From the NCBI GenBank assembly GCA_026770705.1, contig JANJGN010000210.1:124001-188000 (forward strand): DNA of 64,000 bases. Direction: 5' to 3'. Shown here in pieces: positions 1-13,360 of the stretch (positions within the stretch are counted from its first letter, which is position 1; every line of letters starts with the position of its first letter). Position numbers and translations under genes: made by a program. The notes beneath the pieces were generated by a model. The model did not search any database, had not been told where the DNA came from, and saw only the letters and a list, made by a program, of their open reading frames with translations. The stretch is from Isurus oxyrinchus. Lineage: Eukaryota.

Positions 1-8
1 CAAAAACT
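1..8 (-). other. Probable nonamer of the 5' RSS of the next D segment (rest lies outside the window)
   Basis: Window begins CAAAAACT ([A]CAAAAACT nonamer, facing the V), about 370 bp beyond the VH RSS, which fits V-D1 spacing in shark IgH clusters. Heptamer not visible. Confidence 0.45.
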
Positions 9-377
9 GCACCCACTCTCTGTTCAGTGCTGCCTCTCAATATTCACTTCAAAAAGACGTTTACTCCTGATCTAGTTTAGTATTTATGCAGCAATTTACA
101 AAACTCAATGAACAGTGATCCCCTACAAGTATTAGACATATTCAAATGAACATTACATCCAGGTCTGTAATTGCGGAAACTGTTAACAGTAAATATAAAC
201 ACAGCCGAAGTTCAACCCATGATATCGATTGTTTTGTTAGGTTTTACTGTTAAATTTGCTGTTTTACTTTGGTCAGAAGCGACTTGTTGTCGGGTTCTGA
301 TCATTACAGTTAATATTACATTTAAAACAAGTACTGACTGTCAGGTTACGATGGAAGTTGTTGAGTTTCTCTCGATC

Positions 378-416
378 TGATCTAGTTCGGGTCCAGCCCT
401 GGTTCCTCTCGCTGTG
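378..416 (-). other. 23-spacer RSS of the VH
   Basis: Minus strand CACAGCG + 23 nt (AGAGGAACCAGGGCTGGACCCGA) + ACTAGATCA (5/9 match to ACAAAAACC), directly after YYCARD. Confidence 0.85.
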
Positions 417-721
417 GTCTCTTGCACAGTAATAGATGGCGGTGTCTTCAGTCTTCAGGCTCGTCATGTCCAAGGAAAAGATGTTTCTTGAAGTGTCTTT
501 GGACGCAGTAAATCGATTTTTAATTCCTGGGGCGTAGTTGTTGCTGGATGAACTATCGTACCGAAGCAGCCACTCCAACCCTTGTCCGGGAACCTGTCGG
601 ACCCAGCTCATCCAGTAGATGCCAAGATCGAAGCCGCTGGTTTTACAGGTCAGTGTCAGGGAGCCTCCGGGACGCCCGGTCTCTGCCTCTGGCTGAGTCA
701 ACACAACCTCCGACTGGACAC
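417..721 (-). CDS. IGHV: Germline IgH (IgM-type) V exon
   Basis: Acceptor tttttacag|GT. Translates [51 protein letters not shown]...RFTASKD...[11 protein letters not shown], with canonical Cys, Trp and YYC and no stops. Confidence 0.95.
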
Positions 722-847
722 CTGTAAAAATATATCAAAAACCCCGAGGATTAATCCTGGTGAAATGATTCCTGACTCTGTAACATTCCAGAGAGATTAA
801 CTCTGAGACAGTAATAGTGACACACTTGGAGAATGAAAACTACTCAC

Positions 848-893
848 GGGATAAGAAAGTCAGCAAGAAACTGAGAGAAATCGCCGACCTCAT
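848..893 (-). CDS. IGHV: Leader exon of the VH (MRSAISLSFLLTFLS-R)
   Basis: 46-nt phase-1 exon ending at C|GTGAGT, splicing in frame to the V exon; alternative in-frame ATG at 905. Confidence 0.9.
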
Positions 894-982
894 CCTTCTG
901 GTCATTTGGGGAAAATGGTTCTGTCCAGAACTCAGTAAACAAACCAGCTCCCGGACTGTTGGATTCCGGCTCCAGTGAGCGA

Positions 983-1016
983 TATTTAAATACCCGGCAG
1001 AAGGGGGCGGGTTTCC
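983..1016 (-). promoter_or_regulatory. Putative VH core promoter (TATA-like TATTTAAATA plus GC box)
   Basis: TATTTAAATA ~90 bp upstream of the ATG with GGGGCGGG just upstream. No octamer seen nearby. Confidence 0.45.
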
Positions 1017-2814
1017 AGGCGCCGCCTGTTGATTCCCTGGTGGAGGCGGTGAATGGATCCACGCCCCTCCTTCCACACCCCCAACAGAATGGACTCAGAT
1101 ATTTACAATAGGTTATTGTTAAAAGTGGATATCGGGATATTTGGCTGAATGGATTCATTGGAATGCATCCATTGGTTCCAATGGTGAAATTCCAGTTGAA
1201 CATCTGTTAATAAAAAAAACTAATTCCATTGATAATTAAGTCAATTTATTTCTACACTACCTCACAAGGGATGGAACCTAAAAAAATAAATTATATTATC
1301 AGGGAATAAAGGGAATGTCAGTCTGTTTTGCAGCAACTCCGGGTCTCTATCTCATTACCACAATAAAGTGTCATCAGTCATTGGAATTATTATCGATTTG
1401 TGTAAGTAAATGCGGGGGATGAACAAGGTGATTCTATTTACAGCCAGGGTGGCTATCGCTGTACAATTTGGGTCCGGAGATAAGAAGAATCTCCTCACAT
1501 TATACAATGTCCCTCCTCGCATTTCTCTAACTGCCCCTGACCCTAAGACAGCCCTGTGAAAATTAGCAGCAAAAGAAGCCCACCTGCCTGATAATTAAAC
1601 AGTGAGTTTACAGAGAAAGGTAAAATTTACATCAATTTTTGACGGAGAAGTTAATGAATCAGAACGGACACGGAGATTAGCAAAGTTATCCTTCAGAATT
1701 CAAATCATTGCAGCTAATTTTATTGGCCTCCCGCTGTCTACCATTCACTGGTATTGGGAACACAGGATATCAGCACTTTGCGGCATATTATACAACATCA
1801 CAAGAATAAATGTTTTATCTTCCACTGAAGCGGGTCATGAACTGGTTATTTCTCCACTCATTGGCAGCAATGAGAGGGACTGTTAAATATTCGAAATCAG
1901 CACAAATTAAACTATACAGTACAGGGTGCTAATCGGGTATAAGTGATCCCTCAGGTTAATTAAGGTGCACAACTCGGGGAATATTCAAGGAATTCCTGCG
2001 GGTTCAAGACAATTCTATGGTTTTCTTTTAATTTAATTTCTTTTTTTTTTGCCATTCTACTCAAATCATTAGACTGGGGGATTGGGACCATCAACATCGC
2101 TCTCTCGCACTTCATGAAGTTCTTAATAAACAGGCTTTAATAACTGGAATGTCCTTTACTTAGCAATAGTATAAATTAAATAGTATACGGCCAATTTCCT
2201 GATCGTGTTTAACCTCAGTGAACACGGCATTCATTAAAATATTTCCTTAGATGAAATGCCATTTAAAATGTGTCCTTCGTGTGCGACTGAAACATTTATT
2301 GTTTGAATGGCTAAATCCCATTTTGTTCATTCATATCCAGGCTAATCTGCCCCACGCAGTATTTGGCAGCAAGCCAGCCGGCTGCAGTCAGGGACGCTCG
2401 AACGTGCAATGTTGTTTACAGGAAGCATCTGTGAGTTTGTGGAGTAAATGAAAGATCTGTTTCCTCAGTACTGACCGCTTGGCTGCAAGCCAACTTCAAA
2501 CTCTTAACTCTTGACACTTGGCAACAAGGCCTATTTATAACAAATCTACCCAGCAACGACACTGGAGTCAGCTTTATTATTTTAAATTGTGAACTTATGT
2601 GGACTGTGCCCAGCTCTCAGGAAAGAAAAGTTATCCAGCTTCTCTGATACTCTCTCATCATCACTGGCTCATTGGAGGATCTCTCCAACACACCATAATA
2701 TTGTGATGAATGGATAGATGGAAAGAATTACAGGCAGATTATCAGAGAGGACTCAGAGAGAGGGTACATTTTGTTACAGTCAAACATATAAATCTGTGTG
2801 ATTTATTTTGTCCC

Positions 2815-3205
2815 TTTACTTTTTCACGGGATGTGGGAGTCACTGGCAAGGCCAGCATTTGTTGCTTCTCCCTAATTGCCTTTGAACTGAGTGCCTTGCT
2901 GGGCCATTTCAGAGGGCAGGTAGAGTCCACCATATTTCTATGGATCTGGAGTCACATGTAGGCCTGACTAGGTCCAGTGACAGATTTCCTTTCCAAAAGG
3001 ACATTAGTGAACCAGATGAGTTTTTTTCCACAATCGTTGATAGCTTCATGGTTCCGCTCACTGAGACCAGTTTTCAATCCCAGGTTTATTGTTGAATTTA
3101 AATTCCACTCGCTGCCATGGCGGGATTTGAATTCGTGTCCCCAGGAGAATAGCTTAGGTCTCTGGATTACTCGTCCAGTGACATGAATACAACACCACCA
3201 TCTGC
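2815..3205 (-). mobile_element. Shark tRNA-derived SINE
   Basis: Minus-strand head GGTGGTG...GTCACTGGACGAGTAATCCAGAGACC...TTCAAATCCCGCCATGGCAG; related copies at 6690-7180 and 58110-58500. Confidence 0.65.
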
Positions 3206-3994
3206 CAAAGAATGGAGGGATGTTGCAGTGATGCGGGAATGAATGATGGTTGGATGCCTGAACATTTTTATGAAAGGAACAGTGAATGAATTGATCGATG
3301 TATCGAAAGGTGCATCTGGACATACTGTTTTACCTTCTCATCTTGGTGCTTGACTACTCCATACCTTGAAGCAGGTCCAGCTTTTCATTTGTGTCAATCT
3401 AATACCTTCAGTCCCTCCGGATTTTCTGGATGTATTCCATCCCCAGGGTATCGAGCTGAACGTCACCAAGAAGGCTGGAGATGTCCCTGTGGTACTGATG
3501 ATTCTTCCCTGCTGATGGGGAATCATTATCTTTAAGACAGAAAGCGGGTACATAATTCGGTTTAGGATGGAGGATTGTAATATTTGGAACATGTGGTCCT
3601 TTCATGTAAAACAAAGCATTCAACATATCCTCACCCAAATTAGGGAGGGTAACGGGCATTACTCACTGGAGAGCCGCATTAACTTTCAGTCAGGTCCAGG
3701 TAGTTTTATTTATACCATTACTTTACAAATCCTCACACACTCCAGTTACATTTCAGGAGTTTCTGTGTGATGATGAGGAGATTACTTGTCAATACAGCGC
3801 AGAGGCTGCTGGGTAGCTGCTCATTATCCTCGGTCTGATTTAATTCCATTTCCCACTGAATTCTGGGACAGATGTGATTCCTCACTGACAGAATGGTCAA
3901 TGTGATCTCAATAAATGTTAACGATATTAAATGAATCGCAGTTACATTTTGTATGGAATAAAATACTGAAAATGCTTGGTTCATGCAATTGTTA

Positions 3995-4235
3995 ATATTT
4001 GTGAATGGATGATAATTGCTGAATATAATTATTTGTCTTGTGAATTGATGGTAATTGGTGAATATAATTTATCTTTGTGGATTGATGATAGTTGGTGAAT
4101 ATTATTATTTATCTTTGTGAATGGATGCCATTTGGTGAATATACTTATTTATCTTTGTGAATTGATGATTATTCTTGAAGATAATTATTTACCTTTGTGA
4201 GCTGATAATAATTGGTGTTGATAATTATTTATCTT
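3995..4235. repeat. AT-rich minisatellite, ~39-40-bp unit, about 6 copies
   Basis: Repeated TTGTGAATTGATGATAATTGGTGAATATAATTATTTATCT. Confidence 0.85.
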
Positions 4236-4239
4236 TCTC

Positions 4240-5720
4240 CGCCTTTACGACCTTCTTCTACTCTGCTGAAAGATAAGATCCGTTCCACAGGAGGTGAATG
4301 ATGCAAAAATCACCACATTATCTGAAAACAAAGCCGACAGGTGAGACTGCAACAACTACAGGGACATCTCATTCATAGAGTAACGGGGAAGGCCTTTGCT
4401 CAGGTCATGCTTTAAAGACTTCATCTGGTTGCAGGCTGAAGCACAATTTGATGTTTTTAACTGAAGCTATACTCTGGACATGATTTGCTCCACACGCTGG
4501 ACACCATCAGCAGAACAGGACTCTACAAGGCATTTGGGAAAACTGGCTGTTCACCAAAGCGCCTCAGTCTCATTCACTCGTTGCATGAAAACATGCACTG
4601 CACTGTACAGATTGATGATTCCACATCCGACAGATTCGGAGTGAAGACTGGAGTGAAAAATACCAGTGTCCAATCCCCGCTCTGTTGGGCACCTTCTACA
4701 TGCTGCTGATCTTTGTCTTCCCTGTAAATATGGAAGGAGTCGACTTACACACTCGATCAGACCACAAGCTCCACAATCTATAAGTCGAAAGTGAAGACAT
4801 AAACACATTGAATCTTGATCAGAGAACTCCTCCACGCTGATAACTGTGTCATCAAAATGGAAACTCATCCACAAAGACTGATGAGCTGACTCTCCCATGC
4901 CTGTAACTTGTTCTCCCTGACTATAAGCATGGAGAAAACCGTGGTCATGGGATAAGGTATTGTATTTCCGTCATTGATCACACTAAATAAAAAACCGATG
5001 GAAGTAAATTCTGCTCCCTGGGTTCCAAGGTGACAGGCAGCCTGTTCCTTGCTGCAGAACTTGATACCCGTATGGGGAAAGCAGCTGCCACCTTTGGCTG
5101 ACTCGTGAAACACCCCTGGAATAACATCAAACTGGCCCTTAGGACCAAGCTGATGGTTTATAAGGCCTGCGTTCTCAGCACCTTTCTCTATGGCTGTGAA
5201 ACATAAATGAATTACAGTTATCAAGAAAAGAAGCCCCACAATTTCCACCTTCACTGCCTGCTGCGCAGCTTGGGTATGTACTGGCAGGATAAAGTCACAA
5301 ATGCAGTGGTACTGTCAAAGGCAGAGCTCCCAAAACTGCAGAACTCATCAAACAGAAGCGGTTTTTGTGTCTTGGGAACGTTCGCAGGATGGAAGATGGT
5401 CACATACACAAGGACTTTCTGTATGGTGAGGGAGCCGGACACAGACAACCAGTGGGACGCCCAAAGCTCCGCTTCAAGGATACTAGAAGTGAAGGCCCTA
5501 AATATCGATTATCACAACTGAGTGTCCCTAACTGACGAGTGAGGAAAATGGTGACACCTCCTGTGGTTTGGCGTGAACCACCACGTTGACCAGTGGCTAC
5601 AGTGGCTTGGTAATCCAGGCTAACACCGGGGAAAAAAAGAAGCCACAACGACATTTTCTAGGTTCATGTGCAGCACTTGTGGCAGATACTGCCTCACAAC
5701 AATTGGCCTCCTTAGCAATC
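4240..5720 (+). mobile_element. Decayed RTE-clade LINE, RT to 3' region
   Basis: Broken-frame motifs DCNNYR.IS, FGVKTGVK and FHLHCL...G..WQDKVTN..VL..A.LP. Confidence 0.7.
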
Positions 5721-6689
5721 AGCACATCGGAAATGGCTTTGTTTCCATTGTGTGTCTGTGACCTTTCATAGATGTAAGGTTGTCCAGGATCTTCGTGAAA
5801 TTCAGTTGCAAACAATGTGATTTGCTTATCCCTCTCTTTCACTCCCTCCCAATCTCCTTCACACACACACACACAGAAACACACACACACAAACACAGAC
5901 CAAGATGGCATCTTGTGCTTCAACTTAAGATCGCACTTTGACTTCCTGGGAGGCTCCATAGCCTTTAACTATTGAAGAAAATGACCCTAACTGTCTTTCA
6001 GGTGGTATCATGAACCAATAAACTCTTCTCAACACTATGTTCGTTGAGGTGGATATTAATGCTCCAATGGTCTCTATACAGCTCCCTGATCAACATCCCT
6101 CCCTTTGATCAAGATGAACAAAGTTACATCACCAGGAATTGGGCCGCTTTACTCTGGTGCTGACTTTAACGTGCGCTAATCAGCCATGTCCACCTGCAAT
6201 TAGTTGAATTTTGTTAAATTTTGACACCACCTCCCACAGAAGGCGATGTGGTGTGACACCTGGGGAAGTGGATTCTTGATACAATAATGTCAAAGACCTA
6301 ACCTGACAGCAACATTTTCACAGTAGCTGCAATTGCAAAGTTTGGCCAGCAGATGGATGTGAAATCTTGATGGACACATTCTATGAAGCAGGCATTCTCT
6401 CAATTAACACTGCATTGGACCCACTCTCTGTCTATTTAAATTGAACTCCATCTATTTTTGTGTTAGACCAAACACTGTCTCTCTTTATGTTTCAAAGTAC
6501 CCTGTTTCAATTAATACTGCAACAATCAACACCAATATTTATATCACACAGTCTGGAGGTTCCCAATTCAAACCGATCGGATTTACCTCTGCAGTCCTGT
6601 CACATCCAGTTGTAAATGGTGGTGGACAAGTAAACAAGTAACTGGAGAATGGGGCTCCACAAAGCTGTGGGTCTGGAGTTATATGTATG

Positions 6690-7180
6690 GGAGGTGGTGA
6701 TGTGCTGGTTTTCTCACTGGGCTAGTAAATCGCTGGGGGTCTGGGTTTGAATCCCACCACGCCAGATGATGAAATTTGAATTGAAAAATCAAATGGTGAC
6801 TATGAAAGCATTGTCGTAAAAACCCATCCTAACAAGCCGCACTGTTCTTAAGGGGGCAATTAGGGATGGGCAATAAATGCTGGCCTAGCCAGCGCCGCCC
6901 CCATTCTCATGAACGAACAAAAAAACAAACGTAGGTCAGACTGGGTCAGGACGGCATATTTCCTTCCCTAAAGGGCATCGGTGAACCAGACGGATGTTTA
7001 ATATAACCGATTATAGTTTCATGGTCACCATTATTGAGATGAGCTTTCAATTCCAGATTTATTAATTGAATTTGGATTCCACATGCTGCCATAATGGGAT
7101 TCAAACCTCTACCCCCAGGGAAAAGGCCTGGATCTCTGGGTTACTGATCCAGTGAAGTTCCCACGGCACGATCGTCCCTC
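6690..7180. mobile_element. Two SINE fragments in opposite orientation
   Basis: Plus copy (GGTTTGAATCCCACCACG...GGGCAATTAGGGATGGGCAATAAATGCTGGCC) followed by a minus copy similar to 2960-3200. Confidence 0.6.
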
Positions 7181-7434
7181 CCATATTATACAGGATCCTA
7201 GTTCGATTATTAATTCCCTGGGAACTAATTTATTTCTATTGTGCTGGATCAGGCCTCTGTTTGTATGAAAATAGACCCTATCTCATTAATGTTCCACTGG
7301 AAGCCATCTCAGTTTGTATTGCACTAGATTCTTTTTCTGTTTATATTACACTAGGCCCTGTCTCTGTTTATGTTATATTAAATCTTGACTATGTCTACAT
7401 TATAGTGGTCATTGTAACTATGGCACTAGGCTAT

Positions 7435-7575
7435 GTTTCTGAAGAAGAATCATATGGACTCGAAACATTTAACTCTGTTTCTCTCTCCACAGATGCTGTC
7501 CAACCTGCTGAGTTTGTCCAGCATTTTCTGTCTTAATTTCAGATTTCCAGCATTTGCAGAATTTTGCTTTTATCT
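7435..7575 (+). mobile_element. Penelope-like element terminus with hammerhead-like motif
   Basis: CTGAAGA-AGAATC-ATATG-GACTC-GAAAC...CACAGATGCTG...TTTCCAGCATTTGCAG; same terminus flanks the GIY-YIG element at 25480-26790. Confidence 0.65.
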
Positions 7576-7789
7576 ATGCCTCTGTTTAAATTAGAGCTGC
7601 ATTACTCCATGTTTCTGTGAGATGGAGAGATAATATTATAATAACTACATTAGGCTAGGAATCGGTATCTGAAAGGACGGTATCGGATCGGCAGCATATG
7701 CTACGCAGCACTTGATATTCATTTTCAGTGCAGTCAGCAGAATTAGATTTCAGATATACCTTCTTTTCCGGTGCCAAAGGCCAATTTCC

Positions 7790-10270
7790 CATCTATGGAG
7801 TGGTATGTGTAGGAGGATGCAGGGCATTGTGTTCCCATGTGCTTGTTGCCCTTAGTATTCTGGGAGGTGGAGGTCACAGGTATGGAAGGTGTTGTTGAAG
7901 AGGCCTTGGCGAGTTGCTGCAGTGAATTCTGTGGATGTTACATACTGCAGCCACTGTGTATCAGTGGCAAAAAGAGTGAATGTTTAATTCCTGAATGAGG
8001 AGCCTATCAAGGGGTTGATTTCCCCTGGTTGGTGTGGAGGTTCTTGAGTGTTGCTGCAGTTACATTTGTCAAGGAAAGTAAACAATTTCCAACAGGCATT
8101 TGACTTCCAGATTTGCAGATAGTGGAAAGGCTTTGTGGAATCTGGAGGTGAGTTATTCGCCACATGATTCCCAGCCTCTGACCTACTCTTGTAGCCATAG
8201 TATTTATATGGCTGATCCAGTTCAGTTTCTGTTCAATGCCACCTGCACAACGTTGATTGTGGGTTTCAGTGATGGTAATGTCTTTTGAACGTCAAGGGGA
8301 GATATTTGGTTCCTTTATTGTTGGAGTTGGTCATTGCCTGGCACTTGAGTGCTGCTTATATCACTTGCAACTTATCAGCTCAAACTTGTCCAGTTCGAGA
8401 TGCAATAAGTAAGGACGGTTTCATCATCTGAGAGGTCATAAATGGAACTGAACACTGTGCAAATATGAGTGAACATCCCCACTCCTGACCCAGCGATGAA
8501 AGGAGGGTCATTGATCAAGCTGCTGAAGATGGTTGGACCAAGGACACTCCTCTGAGAGACTCCTGGAATGATGTCCTGGTGCCGAGATGATTGGTCTTCA
8601 ACAACACAACATCTTCATATTTGCTAGGTGTGACTCCAGCCAGTGGAGAGACTTGCCCCTGATTCCCATTGACCTGACACTTTCCAAGGCTTCCTGATAC
8701 CAGACTCAGTTAATAGCTACTTTGAAATCAAGTACTGAAGCACTCATACATCATGTCTGGATGTTCGCTCTCTTGTCCATGTTCAGACCAAGTTTACAAT
8801 GAGCTTTGATGCTGGCTGATCCTGGTGGATTCAGTCTGAGCTTTGGTGGGCATTTTGGCGACACCTTCAGTCACTTTACTGATGATTGAGAGTAGACTGA
8901 TTGAGCTGCGAGCGGGCGGACCTAATCTGTTGTCCATTATGTACATTATTCTATCTTCGCGCTATGGTTCATCAATTTCAGGTATGCCTGGTCTTGCTTC
9001 TGACCTGCTGGCCTACATTCCTCATTATTCCCAGGCTGGATGTTAGACTCAAAGACTCAGAGACGTTTACAGCACAGATGGAGGCCATTCGGCTCATCGT
9101 TACCGCCCCGGTAAACAAAGATCTGATTACACTAATCCCATTTTCCCGCACTTGGCTCATAGCCCTGGAGGCTATGGCAGCTTAAGTGAACATTTAAATC
9201 CTTCTTAAATGTTACTAGAGTTTCTGACTCAACCATCCTTTCGGGCAGTGAGTTCCAAATTCCTACCACCCCCTGGGTGAAAAAGATTCTCCTCAACTCC
9301 CCTCTTAGCCTTCTACCTCTTATCTAAAATCTCTGCTCTCTGGTTTATGACCCCTGTACTAATGGAAAAGGTGCCTTCCTATCCATTCTCCCCATGCCCC
9401 TCAGCACCCCCTCAAGCATCGTTCCCCAAGGAAAACAGCCTAGCATATCCAATCTTTCCTCATAGTTCAGATCCTCCAGCCCAGATAGCATCTTGGTAAA
9501 TCTCCTCTGCACTCTCTCCAATGCAGTCACATACTTCCTAGAAATGTGATGACCAGAACTGCAAGTAGTGCTCCAGTTGTGCCCTAACCAACGTTTTATA
9601 AAGTTCCAGCATAACCTCCCTGCTCTTGTGTTTTATGCCTCAGATAATAAAGGCAAGTAACCCATATGCCTTCTTAACCACCTCATCTACCTGCTCTGCT
9701 ACCTTTAGGAATCTGTGGATAGGCACACTAAGGTTTGAGTGAGGGATATTCTGGTCCATGAGATTACAGGGTGTGATTGAATGCAACTATCCTGCTGTTA
9801 ATGTCCAACAATATCTCGTTAATGCTAAGTTTTGAGCTGCTAGATCTGTTCTGAATGTATCCCATTTAGCACAGCGGCAGTGCCACACAACACAATGGAG
9901 AATGTGATCAGTGTGAATACCGGCCTGGGTTTCCGCAAGGACAGTGCAGGGGTCAATCACAGTTAAATCAATAGTGTGGTGGGCCGGAGATCAGGTAAGG
10001 GTTTCCTCGTGTTGGCTCTCTAACCATCTGTGGCAGGTCCATCCTGTCAGATACGTCGTTCAGGACTCATCCAGCTCCGGCATTCTTGGTCTTGTCAAAT
10101 GGTAAATGATTTTGCAAATTCACAGCATATTCTTTGCCCTTGCTACCCTCAGTGTTTCTTCCACGCAGTGCTAAAGATGATGGAGTACAGATTCATCAGC
10201 TGAGGGAGGGCAATAGGTGGTAATCACCAGGAGGTATCTCCACCCAGATCTTATCTGGTTCTGTGGGACG
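7790..10270 (-). mobile_element. Nested decayed LINE fragments, with a CR1 3' end at ~9050-9735
   Basis: ORF 9345-9530 ALERVQRRFTKMLSGL..LNYEERL is the CR1 RT C-terminal motif. Flanks resemble an older LINE on the - strand. Confidence 0.65.
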
Positions 10271-10299
10271 TCAATATGGTGTCAATATTGCTGCATTCC

Positions 10300-10560
10300 A
10301 CCGTGTTTCTGTTAATATTACACTCAGCCTGTCTCATTGTTACTGCTCTAGTCCGTGATTCTGTTTCTGTAACACTGGACTCTGTCTCAGTTATTGCTGC
10401 TCTCCACCATGTCTCTGTTCATATTTTAATGGGCCTGTCTCATTGTTACTGTTCTAGTCCATGCTTCTGTTTCTGTAACATTAGGTCCTGTCTCAGTTAT
10501 TTATGTAATTGTCCTCAGTTTATATTACATTAGTAAATTCCCTTACTTTATTGCACTAGA
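10300..10560 (+). repeat. Degenerate patch of the 27-bp satellite family
   Basis: CCTGTCTCAGTTATTGCTGC/CTGTTTCTGTAACACTGG units. Confidence 0.65.
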
Positions 10561-10759
10561 CCCTGAAAATAGGAGTTGAATGGTTTAATTCAAACAGCTG
10601 CAAAAAAGAGAGGTCTGCAGATTATGAACACAAATCTGGGATGCAGGTAGGACAAGTTATAACATCTAAATAGGCACCCATGTTAATTGTTCCCACCATC
10701 TTGCTGCCTTATCTTCACTATTTCCACCCCAGCCAATTTCCATATTATTGCACGTGTGC

Positions 10760-11312
10760 AATGCAGTAATAACAGAGGCAGGGTCTAATGTAATTTAAAT
10801 ACAGATATGATCTAGCACAGAACTGAGACAGTGGCTACTGAAATACAGAGTCAGTTCTAGATTAATATATACAGAGAAAGGTCAATTATAATATAAACAG
10901 AGACAGGGCCTTGTTTAATAGAAGCAAAGACAGGATCTAGAGTAATATAAACAGAAACGGCGTCCAGTGTAAAATAAATAGAGACAGGGTCTAGTGTAAC
11001 ATAAACAGAAACAGGGTCTAGTGTAATATAAACCGGGGCAGGGCCTAGTGCAATATAAACAGAGACAGCATCTCATGCAATATAAACAGAGGCAGGTCGA
11101 ATATAATATAAAGAGACATGTTGAGTGTCATATAAACAGGGGCAGGGCCTAGTGCAATGTAAACAGAGACACTGTCTAGTGCAATATAAACAGAGACATG
11201 TTGGGTGCAACATAAACAGGAACAGGGCCTAGTGTAATACAAACAGAGGCAGGGTCGACTGTAATATAAACAGAGACAGGGTCACGGTCGAATGCAATAT
11301 CAAGACAGGGTC
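10760..11312 (-). repeat. 27-bp satellite family, inverted orientation
   Basis: AATATAAACAGAGACAGGGTCTAGTG units, reverse complement of the main array monomer. Confidence 0.8.
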
Positions 11313-12250
11313 TACTGTCCCATCAAACACTCCCAGGACAGATGCAGCATGGGGCTAGTCACAGAATTTAAAGCTACCTCTACATTGTCACATTGAACAC
11401 TCCCAGGGCAGGTACAGCACGGGTTAGATACGGTTGGACACGGTCTAATGTAATGCATAGACAAGGCCCACGGCTCCACCAAACAGCCCCAGGGCAGATG
11501 TAGCATGGGGCTACATTAATAATGTAAAGTTCCCTCTGCATTGCCATATGAAAATCTCCCAATGCAGGTATAGCATGAGTTAGATTCAGAGTGAATCTCC
11601 CTCGACACTGTCGCCATCAAACATTTCCAGGACAGGTGCAGCGCAGTTCAGAAACAGGGTAAAACTTCCTCTACATTGTCCGCTCAAACACAGTTGAGGC
11701 ATTTAGGGTAAGGGTTCTATGTAGTGTAAGGTTTCCTCTGCACTCTTCATCAGACATTTCCCAGGAAGCTCGGCACTGGGGGCAGGTAAAGAGGAAAGCT
11801 GCCTCTGCGCCATCACATCAAGTATTTCCAGGGCTTAGATAGGGGCAAATCCCCCTCTACAATGTCTACAGCCATGTCAAATATAGCGTGGTTTAGATGC
11901 AGAGTAACACTCCCTCTAAACTACCCTATCAATTACTCCCAGGCCAGGTATAGCACAGTTTAGATACAGAGTAAATCTCCCTCTACACAGTCGTATCAAA
12001 CACTCCCAGGGCAGTCACTGTGCAGGTTAGGTGCAAAGTAAAGCTCCCTCTACACTGTCCCATCAGACACTCCAAAGGCAGGAACAGCACGGGTTAGATA
12101 CAGGGAAAGATCCTTCGGCACGGCCACATCAAATCTACGCTACAGGCTGCAACACAGGTTTGATACAGCGTAGTTTCATCTGCAGTTTCCCACCAAGCAC
12201 TCTCAAGTCCGTGAATGCTCGAAACAGATTTAGAATAAAGTTCCCTCTAC
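11313..12250. repeat. ~67-bp tandem repeat
   Basis: Unit ACACTGTCCCATCAAACACTCCCAGGACAGGTACAGCACGGGTTAGATACAGAGTAAAGCTCCCTCT, roughly 14 degenerate copies. Confidence 0.85.
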
Positions 12251-13094
12251 AGATTATAATCCATTTCATTAGATCAATTTAGTTTGAAGTGTATGAACCG
12301 GGTTGAGAAAATATATTGGCTAGACATTGACTTCATGTTGTGGAGTAAAGACAGTGACCCATGGTGGAGAGACAAGACAAAGTACCAGAGAGGAGAAAGA
12401 GACAGAGAGAGAGAGAGGATACAGGACATCCCTACAAACACATTTGCCATGACATTATATTTCATGATAAGTGGGAATCTTACTTAATTCTGAACAGAGA
12501 TATCATCGTGACATAATTCTCATTTAACTGATTTTAAAAATGCCCAAAAAACAATTGCTACTGAAATCGGTTGATGTATTTGCATGTTTGACTCTATTTT
12601 TGTGCTATGTTGATGGGGAAATATTTACTGTGCTTTTGTGTCTCCAGAATCTAATCTGGGACTTCTATTTCTGTGTTTATTTACATAAACGCCTCACTGA
12701 TTTCAATTAAGTGTTCATGGCAGCAAAACCAGATAAACACAGACACTTATTGATTGGTTTCAACTCAAAACAAGAGTTTATTTTAAGAATATTGACAGTT
12801 GGTATAAAATTAATAGAAACATTTTCAACATCCATTAGAACAGATGTTATTTATTTCAAATAATTAAAAATACATTTAAATTAATAATTCAATTCTGAAA
12901 GTTCTACTGTCACAATCAATGATGAATATTTGAACAGGCTGGGATTACACTCAATGTCAATTTGTTGGAAGATTTAACCGATTAAAAATGGACAATTTAA
13001 AACAGCAGCCAGAGGAGCGACCTATAATCATATTAATCTCAAAGTTTTCAACATATCACAACCAGCATTTTTAAATGTTAACATTTAGGAAGAA

Positions 13095-13360
13095 TTTACA
13101 TTTATAGAACGCTGCTTACGACCCCATGAAATCCTAAAGCCCTTGAAATTCGCTGATGTACATTTGTTGAAGTTTAGTCACTGCTGTAATATTGGAAATC
13201 CATCCGGTGATTTGTGCACAGCAAGCTCCCACGAATAGAGCTGCGAAAAATGATGAGATAATATGTGATTTTAGTTGAAGAATGAATACTTGACTAGCAT
13301 AGTGGGGAGAACAGTCCTGCTCTATAGATTGGTACCAAGGGAGATTTTGCACCTGTCATT
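13095..13360 (-). mobile_element. Deu-domain-like SINE remnant
   Basis: GCACAGCAAGCTCCCAC...AATGA block shared with 40170-40500. Confidence 0.5.

Noticed and set aside
273-416. C-terminal extension of the VH ORF
   Set aside because: Read-through across the RSS into intergenic DNA; removed on rearrangement.
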